Origin: Candidatus Omnitrophota bacterium
Lineage (GTDB): Bacteria > Omnitrophota > Omnitrophia > Omnitrophales > Aquincolibacteriaceae
Reading direction: 5' to 3'
Assembly: GCA_049324575.1 (NCBI GenBank)
Contig: JBMONI010000024.1
Location: 53,144 to 117,143, forward strand
DNA length: 64,000 bases
Below are positions 28,436 to 38,500 of this stretch, piece by piece; within the stretch, counting starts at the first letter, position 1; each line of letters starts with the position of its first letter. The notes below the pieces were generated by a model that did not search any database, had not been told where the DNA came from, and worked only from the letters and a program-made list of their open reading frames with translations. The position numbers and the translations under genes are program-made.

Positions 28436-29750
28436 TCAGCGCCTCTTCCAAAGTAAGTCCGCGGGCCCCTTCCCACCCAGCTTGCCTTCTTAATGCATCG
28501 GCAAGACTGGTCACATAGTTGCGTTCAGAATCCGCAAGCTCCTGCTCGGCGATATCGAAATCCTGGAAATTGACAAGTCCGCTCGAGTATTGCGAACGGA
28601 CGATCCCGGCCCGCTCCCGGGCCGCCTCGAGAAAGGCCCGCCGAACGTCGACCGCTTCGAGGGCGTCCCGGAAGTCGATCCAGGCGGACGAAAGATCCGT
28701 GATGGCTTCGTCCCGGGCGCTTCGCGCCGTCTCAAAAGCCGCCCGGTAATCGGCATTCGCCTCGAGGATCCCCAACACCGTCTCCCCTCCCCGGAAAAGA
28801 GGAAGATCGACCCGAAGCCGCAAACTCGCATCGTCCCGCATTTCAGAGGACCGGACGCCGGAATATCCATAATCGAAAGAGCCGGTCACATCCGGCCAAA
28901 GCCCGGACTGCGAAACCGCGATCCCGGCTTTCAGGGCCTCCGCGTTCTTGATCAGCCGCTGGACCGACGGCACGGATTCCGCCAGGTTCGGATAATTCCC
29001 GGGTTTTTCCGTTTTTTCCGGAAGCAGCGGTTCCAGGTTCTCTTCGACCCGGATCGCCTCCGAGAAATGCCCTCCCAGATGCCTCCCGAGAGCGAGGGAT
29101 TTCTGTTCGATCTGACGTTCGCTCTGGCGGACATTGAATTCCGCCTGGTCCGCGATCGCCTTTGCGCGCAGCATCGCTCCTTTGTTCTCCCGCCCCGCTT
29201 CGTAGCGCATGCGGATCAACTCCGCATTCTCCCGGCGCCGTTTCGCGATCTCGCGCGTGACCGCAAGCAGCTGGTATTCTTCCATCGTCGCGATATAGGC
29301 CGAACGGAGAGAAAGCCGGATCTCGGCGCTTTTCTCGAAATAGGCCCACCGCTCGGCTTCCCATTCCCGCTTGGCCTTGAGGAAATCCGCCGTATTCTCG
29401 AAACCGCTGAAGAAGGTCTGATCGACGCTCAGCCCCAGATCCAGATCGTCTTCCATGGGCCGGGTCCCCGTCGTCCGCGAACGGCTCCGCGTCAGGCTTC
29501 CGTCGGCCGAAGGCAGGAAATCGGCGATCGTTTGATTGCGGTTGTGCTTCTTGGACTGAAGGCTCTGGCGGGCTTCGATGAGGTCCGGATGGTCCCGAAG
29601 CGCGATCTCGACGGCGCGGCGCCAGTGGAGAGGCCCCTCGTCGGAAGGGCCTTGCAAGATCTTGGCTTCGGGAAGGCGCGTATGAAGACAGCCGGTGAAA
29701 AGCAACACTGAAAGCAAGAACGCTTTTTGTATCACTGCTTTGAGGATCAA
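28425..29750 (-). CDS. TolC/OprM-family outer-membrane efflux protein (lipoprotein-type)
   Basis: Lipobox LLFTGC. Two-fold repeated alpha-helical/beta structure repeat typical of outer membrane factors. First gene of the efflux operon. Confidence 0.85.
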   Translation of the reverse strand: MILKAVIQKAFLLSVLLFTGCLHTRLPEAKILQGPSDEGPLHWRRAVEIALRDHPDLIEARQSLQSKKHNRNQTIADFLPSADGSLTRSRSRTTGTRPMEDDLDLGLSVDQTFFSGFENTADFLKAKREWEAERWAYFEKSAEIRLSLRSAYIATMEEYQLLAVTREIAKRRRENAELIRMRYEAGRENKGAMLRAKAIADQAEFNVRQSERQIEQKSLALGRHLGGHFSEAIRVEENLEPLLPEKTEKPGNYPNLAESVPSVQRLIKNAEALKAGIAVSQSGLWPDVTGSFDYGYSGVRSSEMRDDASLRLRVDLPLFRGGETVLGILEANADYRAAFETARSARDEAITDLSSAWIDFRDALEAVDVRRAFLEAARERAGIVRSQYSSGLVNFQDFDIAEQELADSERNYVTSLADALRRQAGWEGARGLTLEEALNEK

Positions 29751-29843
29751 GGCAAAAATCCTTTCGGTTCCGCGAAATTATAGCAAGCCGGAGATCAAAC
29801 AGGCACCTTTTTCATCCGGCCGCAAAGCGTATGGCAAGATCCC

Positions 29844-31478
29844 TCAGGCCGGTTTCCGGCTCCGGAGAACCGAAAAGGCTTCGAAGGCGATCACCGCGGA
29901 AACCGCGATCATCACGATCGCGATCCCCGCGATCAGATAATCGGGATCCGGCCTGCCGCCCGACCGGCGATGCAGAGCGCTAACGCATTGGAAGACAAAG
30001 GCCGCGATCGTGGTCAAAAGCATCAGCACCGCCGGGATCAGGGTCGCCCAGAACGAACGGCCCCGGTGGAGCAGCCAGCACGAAGTGACAAGCAACGCGA
30101 GCCCCGCGATCAGCTGATTGGCCGCTCCGAACGCGGGCCAGATCCGGTTCCACTGGCCGGTGAGAGCGAGCGCCGCGCTGACCGTGATCACGATCAAAGT
30201 CGACACATACTTGTTCTTGATCCCGAAAAGTTCGCTGGTGAGGTAACGGCCGATACGGGTGGATGCATCCAGGGTCGTCAGCACAAAAGCATTCAGCACC
30301 AGGACCGCAAAAGGTCCCCCGTAGTCCCCGAAGATCGGTCGGGTGATTGCCCCAAAGCCCCGTCCGAAGACCTGGATCGGTCCCGCGGCGCGCAGCGTTC
30401 CGCTGAGCTCCGCATGCGAGAGCCCGGCCGCCACGGCGATAATCACGAGCACCGCGACGAAGCCTTCGAGCAGCATGCCCCCATAGGTGATGCGGAGCGC
30501 ATATTTTTCGGAGGGGATCTGCTTCGAACTGGTCCCCGAAGAGACCAGGGAATGGAACCCCGAGATCGCCCCGCAAGCCACGGTCACAAACAACATCGGC
30601 CAAAGCCAGCCAGCGTCTTTCCAATCCGCGGGAGCGAAGGCGCGGGCGAACGGGCTCGTGAAATCCGGATGCGTGATCAGAACGCCCGCGGTCCCAAGGG
30701 CCACCGCCGCAAATAGCAGATAGCTCGCGATGTAATCACGCGGCTGTAAAAGAAGCTGGACCGGCAGAACCGAGGCAAAAAAACAGTAGACCAGAAGCGA
30801 CAGGATCCACACGGTCAAAGGTTCCAGGCCCGCCACCATCCCCAGCTTGACCGGGACCTTGGTCCCGAGCCAAAGGAGAAAGACCAAGAGACCGACCCCG
30901 AGCCCCGTCACCAGGTTCATATTCCATTCCCGCCGGTAGGCCAGCCATCCGACCAGCATCGCCACCGGGATCAATCCATAGGACGGCAGGACCGCATCCG
31001 GCTCGGCGATGAAAGTCTGGGCCGTAAAAAGGGAGAACACCGCCACGATCAGGATCAGGGCGAGCCAGATGAAGATCAGGAAAAGAAGGCGCGCCCGTTT
31101 CGAGATCTCCGCGCACGCGATCTCCCCCACCGAATTGCCGCGCGAGCGGATGCTGACGATGAGGGTCGAAAAATCATGAACGCCGCCGAGGAAGGCCGAA
31201 CCGAAAAGGACCCAAAGGAGCGCGGGCCCCCATCCCCAGTACGCGCAGGCAAGGACCGGACCGATAACCGGGCCTGCACCCGCGATCGCCGAAAAATGAT
31301 GGCCGAAAAGGACCATCCAGTTCTTGGCGGGAACAAAGTCAACGCCGTCGGACTGTTCATGTGCAGGAGTCTTCCGGTTCTCATCCACGCCGAAAAGACG
31401 CGACAGATACCGCCCGTAAAAACGATAAGCCACGGCCATCCCGAGGATCGCGGCGGCAAGGATCCAAATGGAATTCAT
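29844..31478 (-). CDS. cstA: carbon starvation protein CstA (peptide/pyruvate transporter family)
   Basis: MNSIWILAAAILGMAVAYRFYGRYLSRLFGVDENRKTPA…FGHHFSAIAGAGPVIGPVLA is the conserved CstA N-terminus. Polytopic, ~545 aa. Confidence 0.9.
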   Translation of the reverse strand: MNSIWILAAAILGMAVAYRFYGRYLSRLFGVDENRKTPAHEQSDGVDFVPAKNWMVLFGHHFSAIAGAGPVIGPVLACAYWGWGPALLWVLFGSAFLGGVHDFSTLIVSIRSRGNSVGEIACAEISKRARLLFLIFIWLALILIVAVFSLFTAQTFIAEPDAVLPSYGLIPVAMLVGWLAYRREWNMNLVTGLGVGLLVFLLWLGTKVPVKLGMVAGLEPLTVWILSLLVYCFFASVLPVQLLLQPRDYIASYLLFAAVALGTAGVLITHPDFTSPFARAFAPADWKDAGWLWPMLFVTVACGAISGFHSLVSSGTSSKQIPSEKYALRITYGGMLLEGFVAVLVIIAVAAGLSHAELSGTLRAAGPIQVFGRGFGAITRPIFGDYGGPFAVLVLNAFVLTTLDASTRIGRYLTSELFGIKNKYVSTLIVITVSAALALTGQWNRIWPAFGAANQLIAGLALLVTSCWLLHRGRSFWATLIPAVLMLLTTIAAFVFQCVSALHRRSGGRPDPDYLIAGIAIVMIAVSAVIAFEAFSVLRSRKPA

Positions 31479-31494
31479 CGTCCCGATCTCCGAT

Positions 31495-32238
31495 TCACCC
31501 GGTTGACGAAGCTTCTTCCGTCTTCGAAGCGGCAAGCCCCTGGATCAATTCCCCCACCACTTGGGTCAAAGCGCTGTTCTTCGAAGAAGCCGGGGGATCC
31601 CCGGTCACGGGACCCGTCCCGGGCGGAGGAGGTCTTTGAAAAGGCGGATGGCGATGATAAGTCCCCAGCGCCGGCCTATCGTAAGCCGATGCCACGCTCC
31701 CTTGCGATGGCGCCGCATAAGCGTTCGAGGTCGGGACCTGAGATTGCGCCGCCCCTTGAGCGGCCGGTGGATAGGCCGAAGCAAGGGTCGCGATCGGCGC
31801 TGTTTCGACAAACGCCGCCGGCAGAGGCTCTTTTTCCGGAATAAGATCGAAATCGATCCTCGTCGTCGCCTGGCGCATGATCCTCACCGTTTTAGCCGCC
31901 TCTTCGTGAAGCGGCGCCGTTACCCTCACCTTATATTCCCCTTCGGGAAGATCCTCGACGAGATAGAGCCCTTGTTTATCGGTCTCCACCGAAGCGACCA
32001 CGGACCCGCTGGCACCCGATATCTCGATCGGAACCTGCCAAAGAGGCTTGGCAATGTTGCGGTCCTGGACCGTCCCTTCGAGTGTTCCGGTCTTCGGCGT
32101 GAAAAAATTCGCCTTCAGGGAGTAGACCCCTCCGGCGACTGTGATGATCCCTGCCATGATGGCAATGATCAGATTCAGCATCTGAAGATGGGTCAGCGCC
32201 CGGTGCGGCGGGCTCGGGTTCGGATTGAAAGCACTCAT
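31495..32238 (-). CDS. membrane-anchored protein with carboxypeptidase-regulatory-like (CarbopepD_reg) beta-sandwich domain
   Basis: One TM (LNLIIAIMAGIITVAGGVYSL). Then …GTLEGTVQD…VETDKQGLYLVEDLPEGEYKVRVTA… typical of CarbopepD_reg_2. Pro/Ala-rich tail. Confidence 0.5.
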   Translation of the reverse strand: MSAFNPNPSPPHRALTHLQMLNLIIAIMAGIITVAGGVYSLKANFFTPKTGTLEGTVQDRNIAKPLWQVPIEISGASGSVVASVETDKQGLYLVEDLPEGEYKVRVTAPLHEEAAKTVRIMRQATTRIDFDLIPEKEPLPAAFVETAPIATLASAYPPAAQGAAQSQVPTSNAYAAPSQGSVASAYDRPALGTYHRHPPFQRPPPPGTGPVTGDPPASSKNSALTQVVGELIQGLAASKTEEASSTG

Positions 32239-32425
32239 TCGATCGATCGGGGAAACAAGGTCCCTCAGAGCTTTCTCATGTTTATTTGTGTTTCGGGAAC
32301 GCTAAAAAACCTATCGAGGAACCTATTATAGTCAAAACTTCCCCGTTTGTCTTGGATCGGATCTTAATGAAGCTTCGCGCAGGGAAAGCGGGCCTTGACC
32401 GGGGGTTTGAACCCGGTCCGGCGCC

Positions 32426-32818
32426 TTATTGTGAGCCGCGGGAGACTTTATAAAACCGGAAAAGCGAGGAACGATGGCGGGCCGTCCATCGGTAGGCCGT
32501 TTCCATGAGCCATCGAAGCCAAGGGAATTTTTCGTAAGCAGCTAAACAGCACCGATGCTGTCCGGCAAGCGAAAGAGCTTTCAGGACCGCATGCGCCCCG
32601 GAATAAACCGTCCCTTGCGGCAAGAGAAGCTGGACCGCTTCCCGGCACTGGGCCTCGGTGACTTGGGGGTAAGCAGCAAGCCTTTTCTGATAAGGTTCAT
32701 AGCGCACGTGATCGCCTGTTTTCCGGCGCCATTTTTCAATCCAGTGCCGGCAAAACCCGCAATCATTGTCATACAGCATGACCGGACATTCTTCCGGGAT
32801 TGACTTTGTATTCTTCAA
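32426..32818 (-). CDS. DCC-family (DUF393) thiol-disulfide oxidoreductase
   Basis: MLYDNDCGFCRHWIEKW… matches the DCC1-like CxxC N-terminus. Confidence 0.65.
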   Translation of the reverse strand: MKNTKSIPEECPVMLYDNDCGFCRHWIEKWRRKTGDHVRYEPYQKRLAAYPQVTEAQCREAVQLLLPQGTVYSGAHAVLKALSLAGQHRCCLAAYEKFPWLRWLMETAYRWTARHRSSLFRFYKVSRGSQ

Positions 32819-32833
32819 AACGGAGGTCCGCGC

Positions 32834-33403
32834 TTAGGCCGGCGTGATCTTATTGAAACGAGAGCCTTCCAGGGTCAAATTGCCCATAAAACCTTTTTGA
32901 TCGAGCACAAAAGCAACGATCGGCTGATTGGTTTTCGTGGTATCCACCGATCCATCCACGCCGAGGGTCACCAACGCAACGGAGCCATCCACACCGACCT
33001 GCCATCCGTCCCCTTCCTGAAAATCCTTGAGCGCGCTCTCTTCCATGAATAAGAGATAAACTCTCCGGGCCTGCCCTCCGAACTGGAAGCCCAGAGAACC
33101 GCCGATCGTATTGTAATAGTCGACCGTGACTCCCGCGATTTGAAGTGCTCCGGTTCCATATTCCCCTCCCACCACGAATCCGGCCTTGATCACGGAAGGA
33201 AAGACGAGAACCCCTTTCGCCTTGGCCAACATGTCCTTAGCCCCAGGAACTTCTTTCTCGAAATAATCGAGCGCCGTTTTCACGCTCGCATCGATCTCCA
33301 GCGCCGATTTTGCGCAGGCCGGCGGAGCCAAAATCGCCAAGCTCAAAAAAAACGATCCCGCGAAAAAAAAGCTCGCAGACCCCCGAAGCATCGGCTTCAT
33401 CAC
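32834..33403 (-). CDS. SYLF (Ysc84/DUF500) domain lipoprotein
   Basis: Signal/lipobox (…APPACAKS). GVLVFPSVIKAGFVVGGEYGTGAL…GGSLGFQFGGQ…GWQVGVDGS pattern of SYLF lipid-binding domains. Confidence 0.65.
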   Translation of the reverse strand: MMKPMLRGSASFFFAGSFFLSLAILAPPACAKSALEIDASVKTALDYFEKEVPGAKDMLAKAKGVLVFPSVIKAGFVVGGEYGTGALQIAGVTVDYYNTIGGSLGFQFGGQARRVYLLFMEESALKDFQEGDGWQVGVDGSVALVTLGVDGSVDTTKTNQPIVAFVLDQKGFMGNLTLEGSRFNKITPA

Positions 33404-33583
33404 AACCTCCTTTGGACGCGTCAGCCGCTGACTCCCGAAGCAAGGACCGCGCTCAAAAAATCCGCTCCGGGACCTTCTTTTTGGGATTGGATTTTACCCC
33501 ACCACTTTAATCTGTTAGCGTTCCGCGTCCAGAGGCCAAGCCGGGCTTTTTTAGACTTTTTTCTCCCTAGGACCGTTCCAATA

Positions 33584-35044
33584 TTACGTTCTCATCTGGG
33601 CGACCACTCGCTGGAACCCGGCCAGATCTTCCTTGTTCGCCAGCACCAGCAGGACATCCCCGCCCTCGATCACCGTCGAACCGGAAGGCACGAGGAATTT
33701 CCCTTCCCGCGACACGAGGACAATAAGGCATTTCTCGGGAACACCCAATCCGCCGATCTTCCTCCCCACCGCCTCCGACTCATAGGGAATGATCACGTCC
33801 GTCAATTCGGCATCGATCGCCTCGGTTTTCTCGAATTCGATGGGGTAATTGATCTTGGTAACCCAAGGCACATCCAGTTTCAATACTTTGGCGAGCATTT
33901 GGATAGTCCCGCCCTGGATAAAAACCGAAGCCAAGACAACGAAAAAAACGACATTAAAGATCGTATCGGCCTGCGGGATCCCGGCCATGAAAGGAAAGGT
34001 CGCCAGGATGATCGGCGCCGAGCCTTTGAGCCCGACCCAGGCGATCATGGCCTTTTTCCGCAAGCTGAACTTGAACGGCAAGAGGCACAACAGAACGCTG
34101 ACAGGCCGGGCGACCAGCATCAGCAGAACGGTGAGAAGCAATCCGGCCCCCATCAAGGGGACGATATGGGAAGGGAACACAAGAAGTCCGAAAGTCACGA
34201 ACATGACGATCTGCATGAGCCAGGCCAAGCCGTCATGGAACCTCATGATCATTCTTTTGTTGGAAAACTCTTCCCGTCCCAAGATCAGGCCGGCCAGATA
34301 AACGGCGAGGAATCCGTTGCCTTTCAAAAAATAAGCGGCCACGTAAGTCAGCAAGACCAGGGAGATCATAATGACCGGATACAGTCCTTCGTATTCCAAT
34401 TTCAACCGTTTCACGAGAAAAACGATCACCTTGGCCATGAGAAATCCGACCAGGGCCCCCATCCCCATATCGATAAAAAACCTCGGGATCAAACCCAGCG
34501 CGGTGGAGCCCTTGACCGTCAGCAGGCCGATAAAGCTGACGGTCAGGAAAACGGCCATGGGGTCATTGCTTCCGGATTCGAACTCCAGGAGGGGTTTCAA
34601 AGGCGGTTTGAGGCTGACCCGCTTCGACCGAAGAATGCTGAATACAGCAGCGGCATCCGTCGAAGAGACGATCGAACCCAGGAGCAGCCCTTGCAGGAAG
34701 GAAAACTTCAAAATATAAACCGCGAAAAGCCCCACGATGGCCGCGGTCAGGAACACCCCTAACGTAGCGAGCAAGATCCCCGGTGCGATCACCGGCTTGA
34801 TCTCTTTCCAATTTGTGTCGAAACCGCCGGAGAAAATAATGAAGATCAACGCGAGGATCCCGATCGACTTCGCCACCTCGGCGTTATCAAAATAGATCTT
34901 GCCGATCCCCTCGGAACCCGCGAACATCCCGATGAACAAAAAGATGAGCAGAACGGGGATCGCGAACCGGTCCGAGACCTTGCTGGAGATCACGCTGACA
35001 AAGATCAGAAGCGCGACCCCCAATAAAATATTTTCTAATACCAT
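33584..35044 (-). CDS. NhaP-type monovalent cation:proton antiporter (CPA1) with C-terminal TrkA-C domain
   Basis: 12-13 TM helices. Na_H_Exchanger motifs (…ESGSNDPMAVFLT…). C-terminal regulatory domain (…VIIPYESEAVGRKIGGLGVPEKCLIVLVSREGKFLVPSGSTVIEGGDVLLV…). Confidence 0.85.
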   Translation of the reverse strand: MVLENILLGVALLIFVSVISSKVSDRFAIPVLLIFLFIGMFAGSEGIGKIYFDNAEVAKSIGILALIFIIFSGGFDTNWKEIKPVIAPGILLATLGVFLTAAIVGLFAVYILKFSFLQGLLLGSIVSSTDAAAVFSILRSKRVSLKPPLKPLLEFESGSNDPMAVFLTVSFIGLLTVKGSTALGLIPRFFIDMGMGALVGFLMAKVIVFLVKRLKLEYEGLYPVIMISLVLLTYVAAYFLKGNGFLAVYLAGLILGREEFSNKRMIMRFHDGLAWLMQIVMFVTFGLLVFPSHIVPLMGAGLLLTVLLMLVARPVSVLLCLLPFKFSLRKKAMIAWVGLKGSAPIILATFPFMAGIPQADTIFNVVFFVVLASVFIQGGTIQMLAKVLKLDVPWVTKINYPIEFEKTEAIDAELTDVIIPYESEAVGRKIGGLGVPEKCLIVLVSREGKFLVPSGSTVIEGGDVLLVLANKEDLAGFQRVVAQMRT

Positions 35045-35228
35045 GGCCTTGCCACTCCCGTTGAGATCGTCTCAATTATTCTAACCGATGCAGGCAACCG
35101 AGTCTTTACTCAAGAAGGACAAGCCCCGCCTCGAAAGCCCCCCCCCCTCTAGAAGCGGATCAAAATAACACACAAAAGCACCTTTGATCAAACACCGGAG
35201 GTTTGATGAGGGTGCGGTACCAGCAATA

Positions 35229-35258
35229 AAAAAACCCCGCCAAAAGGCGGGGCTTTTT
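35229..35258. terminator. bidirectional rho-independent terminator (AAAAACCCCGCCAAAAGGCGGGGCTTTTT)
   Basis: GC-rich 7-bp stem with a 4-nt loop flanked by A-run and T-run. Immediately 3' of tRNA-Glu on the minus strand. Confidence 0.7.
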
Positions 35259-35260
35259 AT

Positions 35261-35338
35261 TGGCGTCCCTAACGGGATTTGAACCCGTGTCGCCAGAATG
35301 AAAATCTGGTGTCCTAGACCAAGCTAGACGATAGGGAC
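35261..35338 (-). tRNA. tRNA-Glu (anticodon UUC)
   Basis: Minus-strand sequence GTCCCTATCGTCTAGCTTGGTCTAGGACACCAGATTTTCATTCTGGCGACACGGGTTCAAATCCCGTTAGGGACGCCA. Cloverleaf with 7-bp acceptor stem, anticodon loop TTTTCAT (UUC), TPsiC arm GGGTTCAAATCCC, encoded CCA. Similar to bacterial tRNA-Glu. Confidence 0.9.
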
Positions 35339-35442
35339 GCGAAGGAAAGGAATTATACTGAGAGAATGAGGTCCAGGAAAGCTCTATCTTCAATAGGATC
35401 CGTGCCCGGAGCTACGGCTTTGAAAGACCTCTCTCTAAAACT

Positions 35443-35468
35443 GTAGGGCACGTTTAAACGTGCCCTCC
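35443..35468. repeat. palindrome GTAGGGCACGTTTAAACGTGCCCT, sister of the element at 24013
   Basis: Read directly. Located between the stop of the 2886-aa gene and tRNA-Glu. Confidence 0.4.
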
Positions 35469-35525
35469 CTTAGTGTATTGTCCTTAGTGGGCAAACGAAG
35501 ACTGTGGGCAATCCCCAATAAAGGG

Positions 35526-38500
35526 TTAGGCTGCGGTCGAGATCAGAAGATCGATCCTGGCCCGTTCAAGGATCCCGAGGACCGCGTTGAATTCGCCCGG
35601 AGCGTCGGCTTCAGCATCGTGGACGGCGTAGGATTCTCCGGGCTGTGCCTCAAGAAGCGACCGCACGACGACCATCATATGGGCGGCAAGCCGCGATGGA
35701 GAACGGCCGGAAGAATACTTCCATACACGCGCAATTCCCGCGCGCCTTTCGACACGCCCCACGGAATCTTCATCCAGAAGGACCGCATGGGACCCCACCA
35801 GCCGTGTTTGCGGAAGCGAAGCCATCACACGGCGTTCCGCGTTATCCCCCACGACCTGAAATTGTCCCGGCGCCGGGACAATTCCCGCCTGTTGAGCTTT
35901 GGCAAGGATCCGCGCCTGATAAAAAGCCGCAAAGGCTGCATCATAACCCGTAAGGTTCAACCGAAGCTCCGCACGGGTCAGGACCACAGCCCCAAGCACG
36001 GCGGGCAAATATTCGGCAAGTTGATCGAGTTCGGCCCCACGGAGGAGCGGCAAGCGCACATGGGCCGTTCGCCCTTCTTCGCGAGGTTCCGCGACAGCAG
36101 AAGGTCGCGCCGATAGGAAACGCGAATCGGCCAGCCAAGGTTGAAGAAGATCCACTAATTCCGCGTTATCGACCGAGGCCGCCCCAGGCTCATCCGCAAG
36201 CAAGGCAAGGACCGCCCCCTCCCGCTCGTCCCCGGTCATTTCGAGAGGAAGAAGCACTCCAGGCGCAAAGTCCGTGATACGAACTTCCGCCCCTCCGGGG
36301 AAATCATTCCGCAAAACCGTTTTCCATTCCGAGGTCGAGGGGATCGAACGCACTTCCGCGCGCGGTCCCAGGACTTCATCATGCTCAATCCCGGTTTTGC
36401 CGAGAAGTTCTTTGATGTAGCCGACCATTTCTTCTTTGACCGATTCCGCCACAGGCTCTCCGCCCCTGTTGATGAAAAGCGTCAGGGTATCCGTCAAATA
36501 TCCCTTGCCGTAAAAGAGCCCGACAATATTGATCCCGAATTTCTCGAATAGCCCCTGGGTCGCAAGATAGACGAAATTCTCCCAGCGGGTCACCCGGATG
36601 TTGAGAACGCTTGTCGGAACCATGGCTTTTCCTGTCATGCCTTCCACTTCGAACTGCGTGTCACGGGCAAAAGTGGCTTCCGTCATCGGGCTGTTCCCGG
36701 AATCGACAAAACGCTCAAAGTGGCCCGAGTGCCCCTGTCCGGCAAAGATCTCGCGAAGGATCGCCGCATGAGTTCCGGGTTCGGATTCCGCCGCCAGGAG
36801 CCGGTTCAGATCCTCTTCCAGCGCCCTCTGTTCTTTACCGGAAATATCCTGACCGGCTTTCAGCCGGATCAAAAGCCTTTTGAAGACCATGGGACCGTAG
36901 GCACTGACCCGCGCGCTTTCGACCACGATGTCACGCGAAGCCAGAACCCCGGTCAAGCTCGCGAAAAGGCCGGGACGATCCCCCTTGAACCCGAAAATGA
37001 TCTCCCGGTAAGAATCCGGCAAGCCTTCGACCTTCGCCACCGAGATCTTGGCGGGCCGGGAAGCGATCTTGACATGCGCAAAAAACAAAAGCTGCTTCAG
37101 GACCGCGTCCTCGCTCAGACTGTGAACATATTCCGGACGGAAGTGCCCCAAATATTCCTTGATCAGTTCCCTGTAATTTTCCGGAGAAAAAAGCGCCTTC
37201 AGCGCCGTTTTTTCATCCTCGGACGCATGGCTTTGTCCCAAATACTCGTTCAAATACCGGACCCCCAAAGGAGTTCCGTCACGAACGAGAAGCAATTGCG
37301 CCTCAAGGTCCGGAATAAATGCCCTCGCCCATTCGAATCGAAGTTCCCGCACTTCGTCTTCAGCCGTCTGAAAAGCCACCGCCTCCAACCGCCCGGCGCT
37401 TAAAGCGTGGGACGCCGCCAGATAAGCCTTTTCCATCTGCGTGATCGAAAAACCGCCGTTATGCATCATCGCGGGCTCGATCTCCGCCGGGATCTCCGCG
37501 ATCTTGCGGACAGCGACCATTAAATAGAGCAGCTTGAGGTTCTCCGGAGTATCCCGATGGACCCGCGCAAGAAACTCCTCCGCGATCTTCTCCGCCCCGT
37601 TGGAAAGCAGATCGCGCATCGCGATCATTTCATTCGCCCCGTCGACCAGCGCAAGGATGGCCTCGCGCTCGGGATCGCTGAGCCGCGGAATATCGCTCAA
37701 ATACGCCCTCCGATCGAAAGCATCGAAATCGGCCAAAAAGATCGCAAAACGCAGGATGCGGCGCAGCGACGCATCCGCTACGACCTCCTCATAGATCTTC
37801 GGTAATTGATAGAGCTGGTAGCGGCTGGTGCTGAGGATATCGTTCAGGATCTGATACGCCCGGTTGACCATCATATCCGCGGAATAGAAATCATCCGGAT
37901 TCGGGAATCTGCCGCTCAATTTTTCGTAGCCCGGAGCCATGAGCCGCAGAAAAGTCGTCGTATGCTGATAACGCCAAAAGGTGTAATAAATAGCCTCCTC
38001 AAGGCTGAAAAGATCATACAGACCATTCGCCTGAAGTTCCTGCGCCGCGGCATGATGTCCCGCCATCAGCGAACGCGCCTTGGACAGAAGCATGAGCAGT
38101 TCCTGGCTGGGCCCGATATGGCGTTCGGTCGCGATCTGAAAAGCCGTTGCGATCCGTCCCGAAGATGCGGCGTACCGTTCGGCGCTCGTCACGGGCGAAG
38201 GATAAAGCTGATCGGCTTGGTCAAAAACAAAACCTGCTCTGGGAGAGAAACGGAAACCGATCCGGTTCCTGCTCACAAGATCCTCATTGACTCTACGTGA
38301 AGCGCCATAAACAGGCGCATACTGTAATTTCACGATCTCGGGGACCGCCCGGGTCACAAGGACAAAGACGTTATTGATGTGGTGATAATAGTCCCTAAAA
38401 AATTCCCGCGACAGACTCTCTTGCGAAATTTCCGTCGCCACGTCTCTTCCCAGCGCCGCATGAAACCTCCCGACGAATTCGAGGACTATTTCCGGGTAGA

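Noticed and set aside
35229-35338. tRNA-Glu as a possible integration site of a mobile element, with the giant gene as cargo
   Set aside because: No integrase or recombinase, no direct repeat of the tRNA 3' end and no transposase anywhere in the window. Composition of flanking genes is uniform apart from the 60240..60430 AT island.
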